The notes under the pieces: model-generated
What the model saw: only the letters and a program-made list of their open reading frames with translations
What the model was told of the DNA's origin: nothing
Databases searched by the model: none
Shown here: piece by piece, positions 17,081-26,943 of the stretch
Position numbering within the stretch: position 1 is the stretch's first letter
Layout: each line of letters starts with the position of its first letter
Translations under genes and position numbers: made by a program
Assembly: GCA_038231275.1 (NCBI GenBank)
Contig: JBBRLQ010000006.1
Coordinates: forward strand, 288,806-352,805
Direction: 5' to 3'
DNA: 64,000 bases
From: Polyangiales bacterium
GTDB lineage: Bacteria > Myxococcota_A > Polyangia > Polyangiales > Polyangiaceae

Positions 17081-17998
17081 TCAGAAAAACCGGGAAATCC
17101 CCGCACCGAACAAGAGCTCGACGGACACGAAGGCGGTGGCCGCCGCGAGCGCCGCCAGGAGAATGCCGACGAGGTGATTCTTCGCCTCGCCCTCGAACGA
17201 GCGATCCCACGCATTCCGCAGCAGGCGAAACGCGACGCCGAGTGGGATGACCGCGAAGAGCCAGGGCACGAAGATCGCGCCGTCGGGCGGGACGTCGGGC
17301 GCGCCGTCCGGGCCGACCGAGAACGTGATGATCATCAGCGTCACGCCGATGATGACCGACGCGAGCGCCGACACGCCATAGCCGAGCGACCGCGGGCGCG
17401 CGTACATCGCCATGATCGCGAACGTGATGCTGAGCGCGAGGAATGCCATCGACGCCGCGCCGCTCCAGGTCGCCGATCCGCCGCCGAGCGCCTTCTGCGC
17501 GATCGGCGCGACGTTCCAACCGCGCGCGCGGTGCACGAACCGGAAGAGGGCGTACCCCGCGCCACCGGCGAACGCCGCGACGAGCACCGTGCTCAGGATT
17601 CCACCCGCCCAGTTCCTGCGCTCCGGCACCTTCACGTGCGAGCGCGTGCTCAGCGTTCCGTCGGAGACGACGTTGTCGCCGAGCTCGATCCTCCCGCCCG
17701 CGAACCCGCTGTGCCGCGGTCGACCCGACTCCGCCGTGAGCTGGATCGCCGCGCCATTGCGATCGATCTCCATCTCGTCGCCGTCGTACTCGACGCCGCC
17801 TCCGTACGGCGACGACGACTGGGGTGCGGCCGGCGGCGGCGGTGGCGCGACGGGTGCGGGTGCAGCGCTCGCCTTTTGCGCGCCGGCGTGCGCGGTCCCG
17901 CTCACGGGAGGCCCGCTCGACTTCGGGAACGCGAAGTCGAGCTCCGGCACCTCCAGGTCGCCAGGGCGGTCCGAGGGTTTGTGAGCGTGGTCGCTCAT
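17081..17998 (-). CDS. Hypothetical membrane protein (disordered N-terminus, about 5 TM helices)
   Basis: Hydrophobic segments in the C-terminal half; follows the acyl-CoA dehydrogenase gene. Confidence 0.7.
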   Translation of the reverse strand: MSDHAHKPSDRPGDLEVPELDFAFPKSSGPPVSGTAHAGAQKASAAPAPVAPPPPPAAPQSSSPYGGGVEYDGDEMEIDRNGAAIQLTAESGRPRHSGFAGGRIELGDNVVSDGTLSTRSHVKVPERRNWAGGILSTVLVAAFAGGAGYALFRFVHRARGWNVAPIAQKALGGGSATWSGAASMAFLALSITFAIMAMYARPRSLGYGVSALASVIIGVTLMIITFSVGPDGAPDVPPDGAIFVPWLFAVIPLGVAFRLLRNAWDRSFEGEAKNHLVGILLAALAAATAFVSVELLFGAGISRFF

Positions 17999-18038
17999 CC
18001 AACCTTCAGGATATGCCCGAGGCGAGGCGCGCGGCCAG

Positions 18039-19862
18039 TCAGAAGGCGCCCTCGGGCACCTGCATCAGCGACAGGTCCGAGCCCTCGATGAGCTTGCGCG
18101 TCAGCGTCAACGACGGGAGCACGTTCACGCAGAACCACCGCGACGAGGCCATTTTTCCCGTATAAAAGGCCCGATCCGCCTCGCCGGCGTCCTGCATGCG
18201 CTCGCTTGCGATGGCCGACGACCTCACGAGGAGCCACCCCATGACGAGCTCGGCGAGCGACGCGAGCACGCGGTTCGCCTGTAGCCCAACGTGGTACAGG
18301 CTCTCCTGCGTCTTCCCCATCATCGCGCCGAAGATGCCCTCCACGTCGGCGAGCGCGCGGGAGAGCAGCGTGCGTTCGGTCACCAGCGCCGCGCCGCCGA
18401 CCTCCGACGCGAGCGTCGTCTTGATTTGCCCGAGGAGGCCCTGCAGCGTCTGCCCGCCGTCCTTCGCGATCTTCCGAAAGAAGAGATCCTGCGCCTGGAT
18501 GTGCGTCGTCCCCTCGTACACGCTGTCGATCTTCTGATCGCGGATGTACTGCTCGATCGGATAGTCCTGGCAAAATCCGGAGCCGCCGAAGCACTGGAGC
18601 GAGAGGCCGAGCAGCTCGTACGCTTTGTCGGAGCAGTAGCCCTTCACGAGCGGGAGGAGCAGATCGTTGAGGCGATCGACGCCCTTCGCCTCCGGCGCAT
18701 CGTGCCCGCCGAGGATGTCGACCTGATCTTGGACGACCGCCGCGAGGAGGCAGAGCGCGCGCATCCCCTCGGCGTATGCCTTCTGGGTGATGAGCATCCT
18801 GCGGACGTCGGGGTGCTCGATGATGCGGACGCGCGGCGACGACTTGTCGGCGGCGCGGAGGAGATCCGGACCTTGGACGCGCTCTTTGGCGTACGCGAGC
18901 GCGTTAAGGTACGCGGTCGACAAGGTCGCCATCGACTTCACCCCGACGCCCATGCGGGCCTGCTCGATGACGTGGAACATCTGGCGAATGCCGTCGTGGA
19001 CCTCGCCGACGAGGAGGCCGCGCGCGGGCTTGCGATCGCCGAACGTCATCTCGCACGTCGCCGACGCCTTGATGCCCATCTTCTTCTCGACGTTCGTGCA
19101 GAAGACGCCGTTGCGCTCGCCTAGCGTGCCGTCGTCGTTCACCCAGAATTTGGGGACGATGAACATGCTGAGGCCCTTGGTGCCCGCCGCCGCGCCTTCG
19201 GGGCGCGCGAGGACGAGGTGGACGATGTTCTCGGCCGCGTCGAAGTCGCCGTTCGTGATGAAGCGCTTGACCCCTTCGAGCTCCCAGACCTCGCCGCCGA
19301 CGTTGCGCGCCTTCGTCTTGCCGGCGCCGACGTCGCTGCCGGCGTCGGGCTCGGTGAGGACCATCGAGCCGCCCCAGCGCCGCTCGATGATGTTCTTCAC
19401 GTAGCGCTTCTTCTGCGTCTCGGTGCCGAGGCCGTCAAGGATGCGCGCAAGGACCATGCCGAAGAAATAGAAGCCGAGCGACGCGTGCGCGCCGGCGACG
19501 AGCTCGAACGCCGCCCACCGAATGCTGGGCGGTGCGCCGAAGCCGCCGAGGTGCTCGGGCAGATCGAGGCGGTGCCACTCGCCGTCGTAGTACGACTTGA
19601 GGTTCTTCTTGAGCGCCTCCGGTAGCCTCACGTTCCCTTCGCCGTCGAGCGTGAGCGGCACGCGATCGGACTCGGCCCAGCCGGCGGCGATCTCGCTCGT
19701 GCACAGCGTCTCGAGGCCCTGGAGCGCGTCGGAGGCCGTCGCCTCGTCCATCGCGGCGAACGGCGCCTTGCCGAGGGAGCTCTTGCCGATGTCGAACAGC
19801 TCAAAGAGGCAGAAGCGTATGTCGCGGAGGTTCGACTTGTAGTGGAGTTTCGTGCCGCTCAT
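18039..19862 (-). CDS. Acyl-CoA dehydrogenase (long form)
   Basis: MVLTEPDAGSD, GVKRFITNG, EKKMGIKAS, LQCFGGSG, IDSVYEGTTHIQ. Confidence 0.95.
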   Translation of the reverse strand: MSGTKLHYKSNLRDIRFCLFELFDIGKSSLGKAPFAAMDEATASDALQGLETLCTSEIAAGWAESDRVPLTLDGEGNVRLPEALKKNLKSYYDGEWHRLDLPEHLGGFGAPPSIRWAAFELVAGAHASLGFYFFGMVLARILDGLGTETQKKRYVKNIIERRWGGSMVLTEPDAGSDVGAGKTKARNVGGEVWELEGVKRFITNGDFDAAENIVHLVLARPEGAAAGTKGLSMFIVPKFWVNDDGTLGERNGVFCTNVEKKMGIKASATCEMTFGDRKPARGLLVGEVHDGIRQMFHVIEQARMGVGVKSMATLSTAYLNALAYAKERVQGPDLLRAADKSSPRVRIIEHPDVRRMLITQKAYAEGMRALCLLAAVVQDQVDILGGHDAPEAKGVDRLNDLLLPLVKGYCSDKAYELLGLSLQCFGGSGFCQDYPIEQYIRDQKIDSVYEGTTHIQAQDLFFRKIAKDGGQTLQGLLGQIKTTLASEVGGAALVTERTLLSRALADVEGIFGAMMGKTQESLYHVGLQANRVLASLAELVMGWLLVRSSAIASERMQDAGEADRAFYTGKMASSRWFCVNVLPSLTLTRKLIEGSDLSLMQVPEGAF

Positions 19863-19874
19863 CTGGGCGGCAGA

Positions 19875-22172
19875 CTACCTCTTCTTGGGGGGCGGCCACC
19901 ACCGCCGTTGATTCGCGCCACCGCCGCCGGCGCCGCCACCCACGATCTTCTTCGGCGCGAGCGACTCCGGTCCGTCGTCGGCGAGGACGCCGTGCGGCGC
20001 CTTGGTGCGCGCCTCGAGCGTGGCGGTGCCCGACACTTGCTGATTCGCGGCGCGCACGATCACGAAGACGAGGAGCCCGAACGCGGCGACTACCGCGACG
20101 CCCAGCACGATGCCGAGCTTCTTGTAGCTGGGCGGAGGTACGTCCTCCATCATCGACGGGCGCGACGACGGCGCGAGCGGCAGCGGCGCGCTCGGTGGGG
20201 CGGCGGGCGGCGGCGGCGGGATCGACCCGCCAGGAACCGCGAACGTCTGCGCGAATGGCAACGCCCCTTCGCTCGGCAGATCCATCGTCTCGCCGAAGAC
20301 CTCCTCGCGGCTCATCGCCGCCACCGGGACGACGGCGCTCGACCTGGGGAGCGGTGCGGTCAGGGGCGCGCGCACAGAGGGCGGGCCCGGCAGCGCGGTG
20401 GGCGGCGGAAAGGACGGCGTGCTCGGCGGCCGACCCGCCGCCGCCATCGAGCGCGGCACCGGAGGGCGATCGCGCGTGACGCTCTCGTCGTTCTTTCGTG
20501 GGAGCACCGGCGCCATCACCGCGACCGTCGTCACGCTCTGATCGTCTTCTTCTTCCGGCGGGGGAACGGCGGGGACCGCCTCGAACTTACGACCCTGTGT
20601 GATCGTGTCGCCGCCCTCTTCTTCGGACCGGCGCGGATCGAGATCGGGGAGCAGCGGCCCTTGGCGCGTGATGCTGTCGTCCGGAAAATCGGCCTCGCTG
20701 CCGACGGACGGGCGAACCTCGGTGACGAGATCCTCCGCGTCCTCGATCGCAGGGGGCAGGCGCGGCATCGAGCTCGCGGCCTTCGGCGCAGGCGGCTTCG
20801 GCTCGGGCAGCGGGAGCTTGGTCGACGGTCGCGGCGGCGGCGCACCGGCGGCCGGCGTGATCGCGCGCGCGGCCGACGACGACGGCGGCGACGGCGCGGA
20901 AGGCGCGATGCCCAGCGCGGCGAGCGACGGCCCGACCGCGGTGACGCAATCGTCGGGCATGTCGGGCGCGGACGGCGAGCGCGGAAACGGCGAGGCCGCA
21001 GTCACGCTGTGATCGGCGTACTCGGGGAGAGGCGCAGGAACGGGCGGCGCCTTGGTGACGCTGTCGTCGACCGCGTCTGCCTCGCTCGCCTCCGGCGCCT
21101 CGCTGACCGTCGTGGTGACCGTGTCCTCGCGCCGCTCGACGCCCGACGCGCGAAGCTGCGGCGCGACCGCGGTCACGCTGTGCTCGTCTTCGTCGGCGGG
21201 GTGCGGACGCGACGACGGCTCCGCGAACTCGCCGCGTCGCTTCAGGATCTTCTCGCCCGCGAGCTGCCGCACCAGCATCGCCACCGCGGTCGGCGGCGCG
21301 ACCTTGGCGTGCGGCGTGATCGCGGCGAGCATCTCCTCGATCGTCGAGAAGCGCGCGCGCGGTTCGCTCGAGAGCGCGCGCACCGCGACGTCCACCAGGG
21401 GCTCGGCCCACGCGGCGTCGGTCGGCGACGCCGGCCGCGGGATCGGTCCACGCGCGAGCGCCGCGAGGATTTGCGACCGGTCGAGGCCTTTCCACGGCCG
21501 CTCGCCGGTCAGCGCCTCGAACAGGAGCGCGCCCGCGCTGTACACGTCGGCGCGCTTGTCGACGCCGCGATCGCCGTGCAGCACCTCGGGCGCGTAGAAG
21601 CCGACGTTGCCGAGCGACTCCTGGGGAATCGCGAGCGGCGCCGCATGGAAGACGCCCACGACCCGCGACGCGCCATCGAGCCCGACGACGATCTCGGAGG
21701 GCGCGAGGAGGCCGTGGTAGAGCCCGATCGCCCGCCGCCGCGCGTCCTTCGTGGCGTGGAGCGTCGCGAGCCCGCCCAGCACCTCGACGAGCACGCGCAG
21801 GTACACCTGCAGCGAAATGACCGCCTCTTGCTTGTTCGCCAATGAGCGCAGCTCGCCGAGCGCTTCACCTTCGACGAACTCCGAGGCGACCACGATCTCG
21901 TCGCCGACCGGATCGGCGCCGTGCACCCGCATGAGGTTCGGGTGCGCGGCCTCCGACACCGCGCGCGCGTCGCGCAAGATGCCGGTGAGCTGCGAGACCG
22001 CGTCGTGCGGGCGACGAAAGTGCTGGAGCACCGCGAGCTCCATGTGGGCACCGACGACGCGATGCGCCGCGTACACGGGCGCCGTCCGCGAGCCGAGCTC
22101 ACGCAACACGCGATAGTTGAGTACCGCTTGGCCTCCTTGGAGCCGCTGCGGCGCTGCGTGCGAAACGGTCAC
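19875..22172 (-). CDS. Membrane-anchored Ser/Thr kinase-like protein, likely pseudokinase
   Basis: Kinase fold markers (HPNL, EFVEG, FYAPE, RADVYSAG..LFEALTG) but the VAIK, HRD and DFG motifs are degenerate; long Pro/acidic linker; C-terminal TM. Confidence 0.8.
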   Translation of the reverse strand: MTVSHAAPQRLQGGQAVLNYRVLRELGSRTAPVYAAHRVVGAHMELAVLQHFRRPHDAVSQLTGILRDARAVSEAAHPNLMRVHGADPVGDEIVVASEFVEGEALGELRSLANKQEAVISLQVYLRVLVEVLGGLATLHATKDARRRAIGLYHGLLAPSEIVVGLDGASRVVGVFHAAPLAIPQESLGNVGFYAPEVLHGDRGVDKRADVYSAGALLFEALTGERPWKGLDRSQILAALARGPIPRPASPTDAAWAEPLVDVAVRALSSEPRARFSTIEEMLAAITPHAKVAPPTAVAMLVRQLAGEKILKRRGEFAEPSSRPHPADEDEHSVTAVAPQLRASGVERREDTVTTTVSEAPEASEADAVDDSVTKAPPVPAPLPEYADHSVTAASPFPRSPSAPDMPDDCVTAVGPSLAALGIAPSAPSPPSSSAARAITPAAGAPPPRPSTKLPLPEPKPPAPKAASSMPRLPPAIEDAEDLVTEVRPSVGSEADFPDDSITRQGPLLPDLDPRRSEEEGGDTITQGRKFEAVPAVPPPEEEDDQSVTTVAVMAPVLPRKNDESVTRDRPPVPRSMAAAGRPPSTPSFPPPTALPGPPSVRAPLTAPLPRSSAVVPVAAMSREEVFGETMDLPSEGALPFAQTFAVPGGSIPPPPPAAPPSAPLPLAPSSRPSMMEDVPPPSYKKLGIVLGVAVVAAFGLLVFVIVRAANQQVSGTATLEARTKAPHGVLADDGPESLAPKKIVGGGAGGGGANQRRWWPPPKKR

Positions 22173-22305
22173 TACACGAGAGTGTACCTTTTCAGGCGCG
22201 CTTCTCCTCCTGAGAAGCGGCGAGGCTACGCACGACTACAAGAACCTACTCGAGTCTCGCGACCCTGGAATTTGGCTCGATTTCAATGGCAGCGGACGAC
22301 GGCAC

Positions 22306-23229
22306 CTACCCGATGACGAGTCCGACGACGACCTCGACCGCGGCGATGAAGACGCACCCGCCGAAGATCGCGAACGGGAGGAAGCGGAAGCGAGGATCGA
22401 GGACGTCCTTCTTCTCGGGCTTCTCGCCCTTCTTCTCCGCGGCCAGCGCCGCGGCGAGCACGTGATCGGTGACCACCGCGACCGGCATCGTCGGCGCGAT
22501 CGGCTGCGGCTGCGGCTGCGGCTGCATCTGCATCTGCGGGTGCGGCTGCGGCAGCATCTGCGGGTGCGGCATCATCTGCGGCATCGGCGACGGCGGAATG
22601 AACGGCATCGGCACCGGGACGGCGGGGGGCAACGACGGCGGGATGGGCGACGCGCGGAAGACAGCGCCGGCCGGCGCGCGCGCGGTGGCGGCCTCGGACG
22701 AGACCGCGCTGCTCTTTGGCGCCGCGTCAACGACCGACAGCGGCGCGTTCGAAGGCGCGGGGATCGTCTCGTCGGGCGAGGTCTCCTGCGGGAGCGGGGC
22801 CTGCGCCGGCGCCATCACCTGCGTGCCGGCCGGTGCGACAGACGCGACAGACGCGACAGGCGCGGCCGGGACGCGCGGCGGTGACACGAAGCCGAGCGGC
22901 GGCGCGGGCGGCGACTTGCTCGACGGCACGCGCGACGCGAGCGCGGCCGACGAGGAACGCACGCTCGGCGGCGGCGCGGCTTGCGACGCGGCTTCGAACG
23001 CCTGAAGCGCCGCAGCGACCTCCGGGATGTCCGTGAACTGGCGCCAACGCCCCTCGCCCGCGTATCCGCCGAACGCGGTGCGCGGGATGTTCGAGAACGC
23101 GAGGCTGCGCACGAGCGCCTCGAGCGTCAGCGGCCCGGTGTGCATGCCGCTGTCTTGGTAGACGTACCACTCGTCGATGCGAACGGCGGCGGGCTGCGTG
23201 AACGAAGCGTGATTCTGGAAGGTATTCAT
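22306..23229 (-). CDS. GYF_2/DUF4339-like domain protein with Pro/Gln-rich linker and C-terminal TM
   Basis: WYVYQDSGMHTGPLTLEAL...G..W....DIPEV; PQ/MQ low-complexity tract. Confidence 0.7.
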   Translation of the reverse strand: MNTFQNHASFTQPAAVRIDEWYVYQDSGMHTGPLTLEALVRSLAFSNIPRTAFGGYAGEGRWRQFTDIPEVAAALQAFEAASQAAPPPSVRSSSAALASRVPSSKSPPAPPLGFVSPPRVPAAPVASVASVAPAGTQVMAPAQAPLPQETSPDETIPAPSNAPLSVVDAAPKSSAVSSEAATARAPAGAVFRASPIPPSLPPAVPVPMPFIPPSPMPQMMPHPQMLPQPHPQMQMQPQPQPQPIAPTMPVAVVTDHVLAAALAAEKKGEKPEKKDVLDPRFRFLPFAIFGGCVFIAAVEVVVGLVIG

Positions 23230-23256
23230 GATGCTTCTCCCCTAGTCTCCTCTCCG

Positions 23257-24201
23257 TCAGACGATGCGCATGAAGACGGCGACCCACGCGACGAGCGCGA
23301 TGCCGGGAACGGCGCCCGCGGCGGCGAGGTACATGATCTCGCCGAGGCTCTCTCGCTTCTTTTCCTCGAACCGCACCATCGCGACGCTGAAGGCGATGTT
23401 GACGATGTAGACGAGGTAGGTGGCGATCATGAACTTGTCCATGAGCGTCAGGTAACCCATCGGCGGGAGCGACGACGTCGCCGACAGGTGGAACATCACG
23501 ACGCTCATCAGACCGCCGGTGGCGGTGGTGAGGCGGCCGGTGGCGCTCTTGGGCTTCAGGAGGAGCGTGAATCCCGCGACGAAGATCATGAAGAAGACCG
23601 GAACGAGGCTCTTGAAGAACGCCGACGCGCGCGGGCGGCTCAGCGCGATGCCGAGCTGCGCCTCCGAGATCTCGCGCCCGTCCTCGAGCCGCTGCTTTTC
23701 GGTGTGCACCGCGAAGTGCGGCGCGATGGCCCAGCCGGCGAGCTTGACGCTGTCCTGGATCGCGCTCTTCTGCTCGTCGATTTGGTATTGGACGCGCTCG
23801 TTGCGATCGACCAGCCCGATGTAAAGCACGTGCTTGTCGAACGGGAACTCCGACAGATCGACGAGGCCCTCGAGCTCCGCCTTGATCCGGAACTCCTTGA
23901 GGAGCGGCTCGTCGACGACTTGATCCGGCTTGCCGTTCACCTTGCCGTTGGTGATCTCGAAGCTCGGGCGACAGGGCTCGTGGTCGCATCGGAACGAGAG
24001 AAAGAACTCGGCGGCGAAGGTGCCGGGGCCGACCTCGAACTTGTTCAGCTTCTCGAGCTGGATGCCGACGCGCATCGTCTGGGCGCCCGCGATTTCGTCC
24101 TGATGGGTCGCGTTGCCGTCCCCCTCCTCGGTCGCGCCGGCCTTTGCCGAGAGCGCGAAAAGCGCGAGAACCATGGATAAAAGGGTGAGGACGCGCTGCA
24201 T
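23257..24201 (-). CDS. Prokaryotic pentameric ligand-gated ion channel (GLIC/ELIC-like)
   Basis: Signal peptide; beta-rich ectodomain with DLSEFPFDKH and GW; pre-M1 Arg; four TM helices; M2-M3 loop LPPMGYLTLMDKF. Confidence 0.85.
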   Translation of the reverse strand: MQRVLTLLSMVLALFALSAKAGATEEGDGNATHQDEIAGAQTMRVGIQLEKLNKFEVGPGTFAAEFFLSFRCDHEPCRPSFEITNGKVNGKPDQVVDEPLLKEFRIKAELEGLVDLSEFPFDKHVLYIGLVDRNERVQYQIDEQKSAIQDSVKLAGWAIAPHFAVHTEKQRLEDGREISEAQLGIALSRPRASAFFKSLVPVFFMIFVAGFTLLLKPKSATGRLTTATGGLMSVVMFHLSATSSLPPMGYLTLMDKFMIATYLVYIVNIAFSVAMVRFEEKKRESLGEIMYLAAAGAVPGIALVAWVAVFMRIV

Positions 24202-24353
24202 GAGAAAACTGCCTCTCTACGGGTCGGTCTTGGTTTCCCCAGTCCCCCTCGACGTGACGCCGCGAGATCTGGAAAGTCGCACCCCCGTCGTACGTCCGAT
24301 CCGTCACACATCTCCCCACCTCTTGCGTAGGAAACATGGCGTTAGGATGGGGC

Positions 24354-24848
24354 ATGCTCGAGATCCGCCCGGCGACGCCCGCCGACGTACACGCCATCCT
24401 CCGCTTCATCCGCGAGCTCGCCGAGTACGAGCGCGAGCCCGACGCGGTCACTGCGACGACCGACGATCTCTTGCGGCACGGGTTCGGCGACGCGCCGCTC
24501 TTCCGCGTCTTGATGGCGAGCCATGACGGCGCGGAGGCCGGCTTCGCGTTCTACTTCTTCCAGTACTCGACGTGGACCGGTGCGCCCGTCCTCTACTTGG
24601 AGGACCTCTACGTGACCCCCGCGCACCGCAAGCTAGGGATCGGCAAGGCGCTCATGCGCCATCTCGCGCGCGTCGCAATCGATGCAGGATGCAAGCGTTT
24701 CCAGTGGGCGGTCCTGGACTGGAACACGCCCGCGATCGGCTTCTACGAGTCGATCGGCGCGCGCGTGCTCCCCGACTGGCGAACGGTTCGCGTCGACGGC
24801 GACGCGCTCTCCACGCTCGCCGCGCCGGCCACCGTCGCTACTCCTTGA
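24354..24848 (+). CDS. GNAT N-acetyltransferase (SSAT/diamine acetyltransferase-like)
   Basis: IRELAEYE, YSTWTG, LYLEDLYV, RKLGIG, VLDWNTPAIGFY. Confidence 0.9.
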   Translation: MLEIRPATPADVHAILRFIRELAEYEREPDAVTATTDDLLRHGFGDAPLFRVLMASHDGAEAGFAFYFFQYSTWTGAPVLYLEDLYVTPAHRKLGIGKALMRHLARVAIDAGCKRFQWAVLDWNTPAIGFYESIGARVLPDWRTVRVDGDALSTLAAPATVATP

Positions 24849-25038
24849 CGTCGTTCGTGCCGGGCATCTTGCGCACGTCGCGCCGTGCGACCTTCCACGC
24901 GCGCTGGACGACCCACGAGAGGGAGCGGTTCAGGCGCGTCGCCTCCTCCTTCATCTCCACGAGCATCGTCTCGGGGAAGTAGAGGCTCTGCTTTCGCTTG
25001 TCCGTCTTGGACTCCGGGCGCACGGGTTCGTCGGTCAT
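24838..25038 (-). CDS. TIGR04563 family small myxobacterial protein (RHH-like)
   Basis: DKRKQSLYFPETML.E...EATRLNRSLSWVVQRAWKVAR. Confidence 0.85.
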   Translation of the reverse strand: MTDEPVRPESKTDKRKQSLYFPETMLVEMKEEATRLNRSLSWVVQRAWKVARRDVRKMPGTNDVKE

Positions 25039-25126
25039 TCTTCGAAGCTATCCAGGGGAGGGGCCTCTCGGCAAGGGCGACGGCAGGCTTGCGAATGCTT
25101 GGCAAGGGGGCGAAAGTGGTGGGGTG

Positions 25127-26872
25127 ATGTTCTTTCGCCTCAAGACCGTCCGCGCGAAGCTCACCATGCTGGTGGCGCTGTCGATCGGAATGATGCTGGC
25201 GACCCTACCCGTCCTGTCGTGGCTGCTCCATCGGCAGCTCGTGGACGAGGTCGACGATCGGGTCACAGAGGCCGAAAAATCCTTCCGCGAAGAGCTAAAG
25301 GACGATCTGGCCGACCTCGGGCTCGCCGCCAAGATCCTCGCCGCGGACCCGGCGACCGGCAAGGCCCTCGCCGCCAGCGACGAGAAGGAAGCGGTCGCGC
25401 TCGCGAAGCTCTTCCTCGACGCGTACCCGAACATCGACATCCTCTTCGTCGACGCCAAAGGCAAGGTCCTCGCCGACGTCGGCTGCACGGTCCCGCTCGA
25501 TCAGGTGCGGAGCATCAAGGGGCTCGCCAGCGCCGTCGCCGGCACGGAGTTCCGCGGCGTCGTCGCGCACGGCTGCGAGCGAGGCGACGTCGGCAAGACG
25601 CCCGCGTACGTCATCGCGATGCCCATCAAAGGGGCCGGCGCCGTCGTGGTGTGCCTGCCGCTCGACGTCGAGCTCGTCCAGAACGCGAGCATGAAGCTCG
25701 GCCTGGAGCTCGCGCTGCTCGACTCCGTGACCGGCGAGCCGATCGCGATGACGCCGAAATTTCCGGTCAAGAGCATCCCGGCGCGCGAGGGCACCGAGAC
25801 GGTCCTCGCGGACGAAGGGGGCTCCAGCTGGGCGCTCGGCCGCTTCGCGATCGATGGCCTCGAGACGGGCGCCTCTGCGCCGATCCACTTCGCGGCAGCG
25901 CTCGACGTCGCGGACATCCAGAAGATCGTCCGTCAAAATTTGCTGTTCGCAATCCTGGTCCTGGCCGTCGCCGCGCTCATCAGCGTCACCACCGGCGCGC
26001 GCCTCGCCTCCATCATGTCGCGTGCGCTCTCGCGCGTGAACGCGGCGCTGAAGAAGCTCGAGCAGCAGGAGTACGTCCACGTCGAGGCGCTGCGCACCGG
26101 CGACGAGCTCGAAGACCTGGCGACCGGCTTCAACACGATGGTCGACGGCCTGAAGGAGCGCGACAAGCTGCGCACCACCTTCGGCAAGTACATGACCGCC
26201 GCCGTGATGGAGCACCTCATGAACGGCAAGGTGTCGCTCGGCGGCGAGACGCTCCAAGTGACCATCCTCTTCACCGACATCCGCAGCTTCACCTCCATCA
26301 GCGAGAAGATGGACGCTCAGGCGCTCGTCGGCCTCTTGAACGAGTACTTCACCGACATGGTGGGGATCGTGATGCAGGAGGACGGCGTCGTCGACAAGTA
26401 CATCGGCGACGCGATCATGGCGGTCTTCGGCGCGCCCGTCCCCAAGCCGAACGACGCGGTCAACGCCGTGCGGGCAGCCGTGCGGATGCGCCACGCGCTG
26501 CGCAAGCTGAACGAGCGCCTCTCCGAACGAGGCCTCGCGCCGCTGCGCACCGGCATCGGCATCCACACGGGCGAGGTCGTCGCCGGCAACATCGGCAGCG
26601 AGGCGCGCATGGAGTACACGGTCATCGGCGACGCCGTGAACCTCGCCTCCCGCCTCGAGTCGAACACCAAGGACCTCGGCGTGAGCATCCTCATCAGCGA
26701 GGACACCTACCAGCTCGTCAAGCACAAGGTCGTCGCGCGGCAGGTGAAGGAGATCACCGTGAAGGGGCGGGCGCAGCCGGTCATGACGTACGAAGTGACC
26801 GGCTTCGAAGGGGAAAAGAGCCTCGAGCGCGAGAGTGAGCATCCGAAAGGCGCCGTGACCGCCTCGGCCTGA
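25127..26872 (+). CDS. Membrane class III adenylate cyclase (periplasmic sensor, HAMP, cyclase)
   Basis: Two TM; HAMP (DELEDLATGFNTM); LFTDIRSFT, DKYIGDAIMA, EYTVIGDAVNLASRLE (Lys/Thr indicate ATP specificity). Confidence 0.92.
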   Translation: MFFRLKTVRAKLTMLVALSIGMMLATLPVLSWLLHRQLVDEVDDRVTEAEKSFREELKDDLADLGLAAKILAADPATGKALAASDEKEAVALAKLFLDAYPNIDILFVDAKGKVLADVGCTVPLDQVRSIKGLASAVAGTEFRGVVAHGCERGDVGKTPAYVIAMPIKGAGAVVVCLPLDVELVQNASMKLGLELALLDSVTGEPIAMTPKFPVKSIPAREGTETVLADEGGSSWALGRFAIDGLETGASAPIHFAAALDVADIQKIVRQNLLFAILVLAVAALISVTTGARLASIMSRALSRVNAALKKLEQQEYVHVEALRTGDELEDLATGFNTMVDGLKERDKLRTTFGKYMTAAVMEHLMNGKVSLGGETLQVTILFTDIRSFTSISEKMDAQALVGLLNEYFTDMVGIVMQEDGVVDKYIGDAIMAVFGAPVPKPNDAVNAVRAAVRMRHALRKLNERLSERGLAPLRTGIGIHTGEVVAGNIGSEARMEYTVIGDAVNLASRLESNTKDLGVSILISEDTYQLVKHKVVARQVKEITVKGRAQPVMTYEVTGFEGEKSLERESEHPKGAVTASA

Positions 26873-26943
26873 GCCGTTTTTTCCGCCAAGGTGATCGATC
26901 CGGGAGGGTGTTGGCCACTATCCTTACGAATCAGGAACGCCCC

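Noticed and set aside
15163-17214. 683-aa ORF suggesting an extended TesB
   Set aside because: The extension is antisense to the FKBP gene; the real start is at 16035
22495-22600. (GGCTGC)n-like microsatellite
   Set aside because: Encodes an in-frame Pro/Gln/Met linker; the hexamer unit would not cause phase variation
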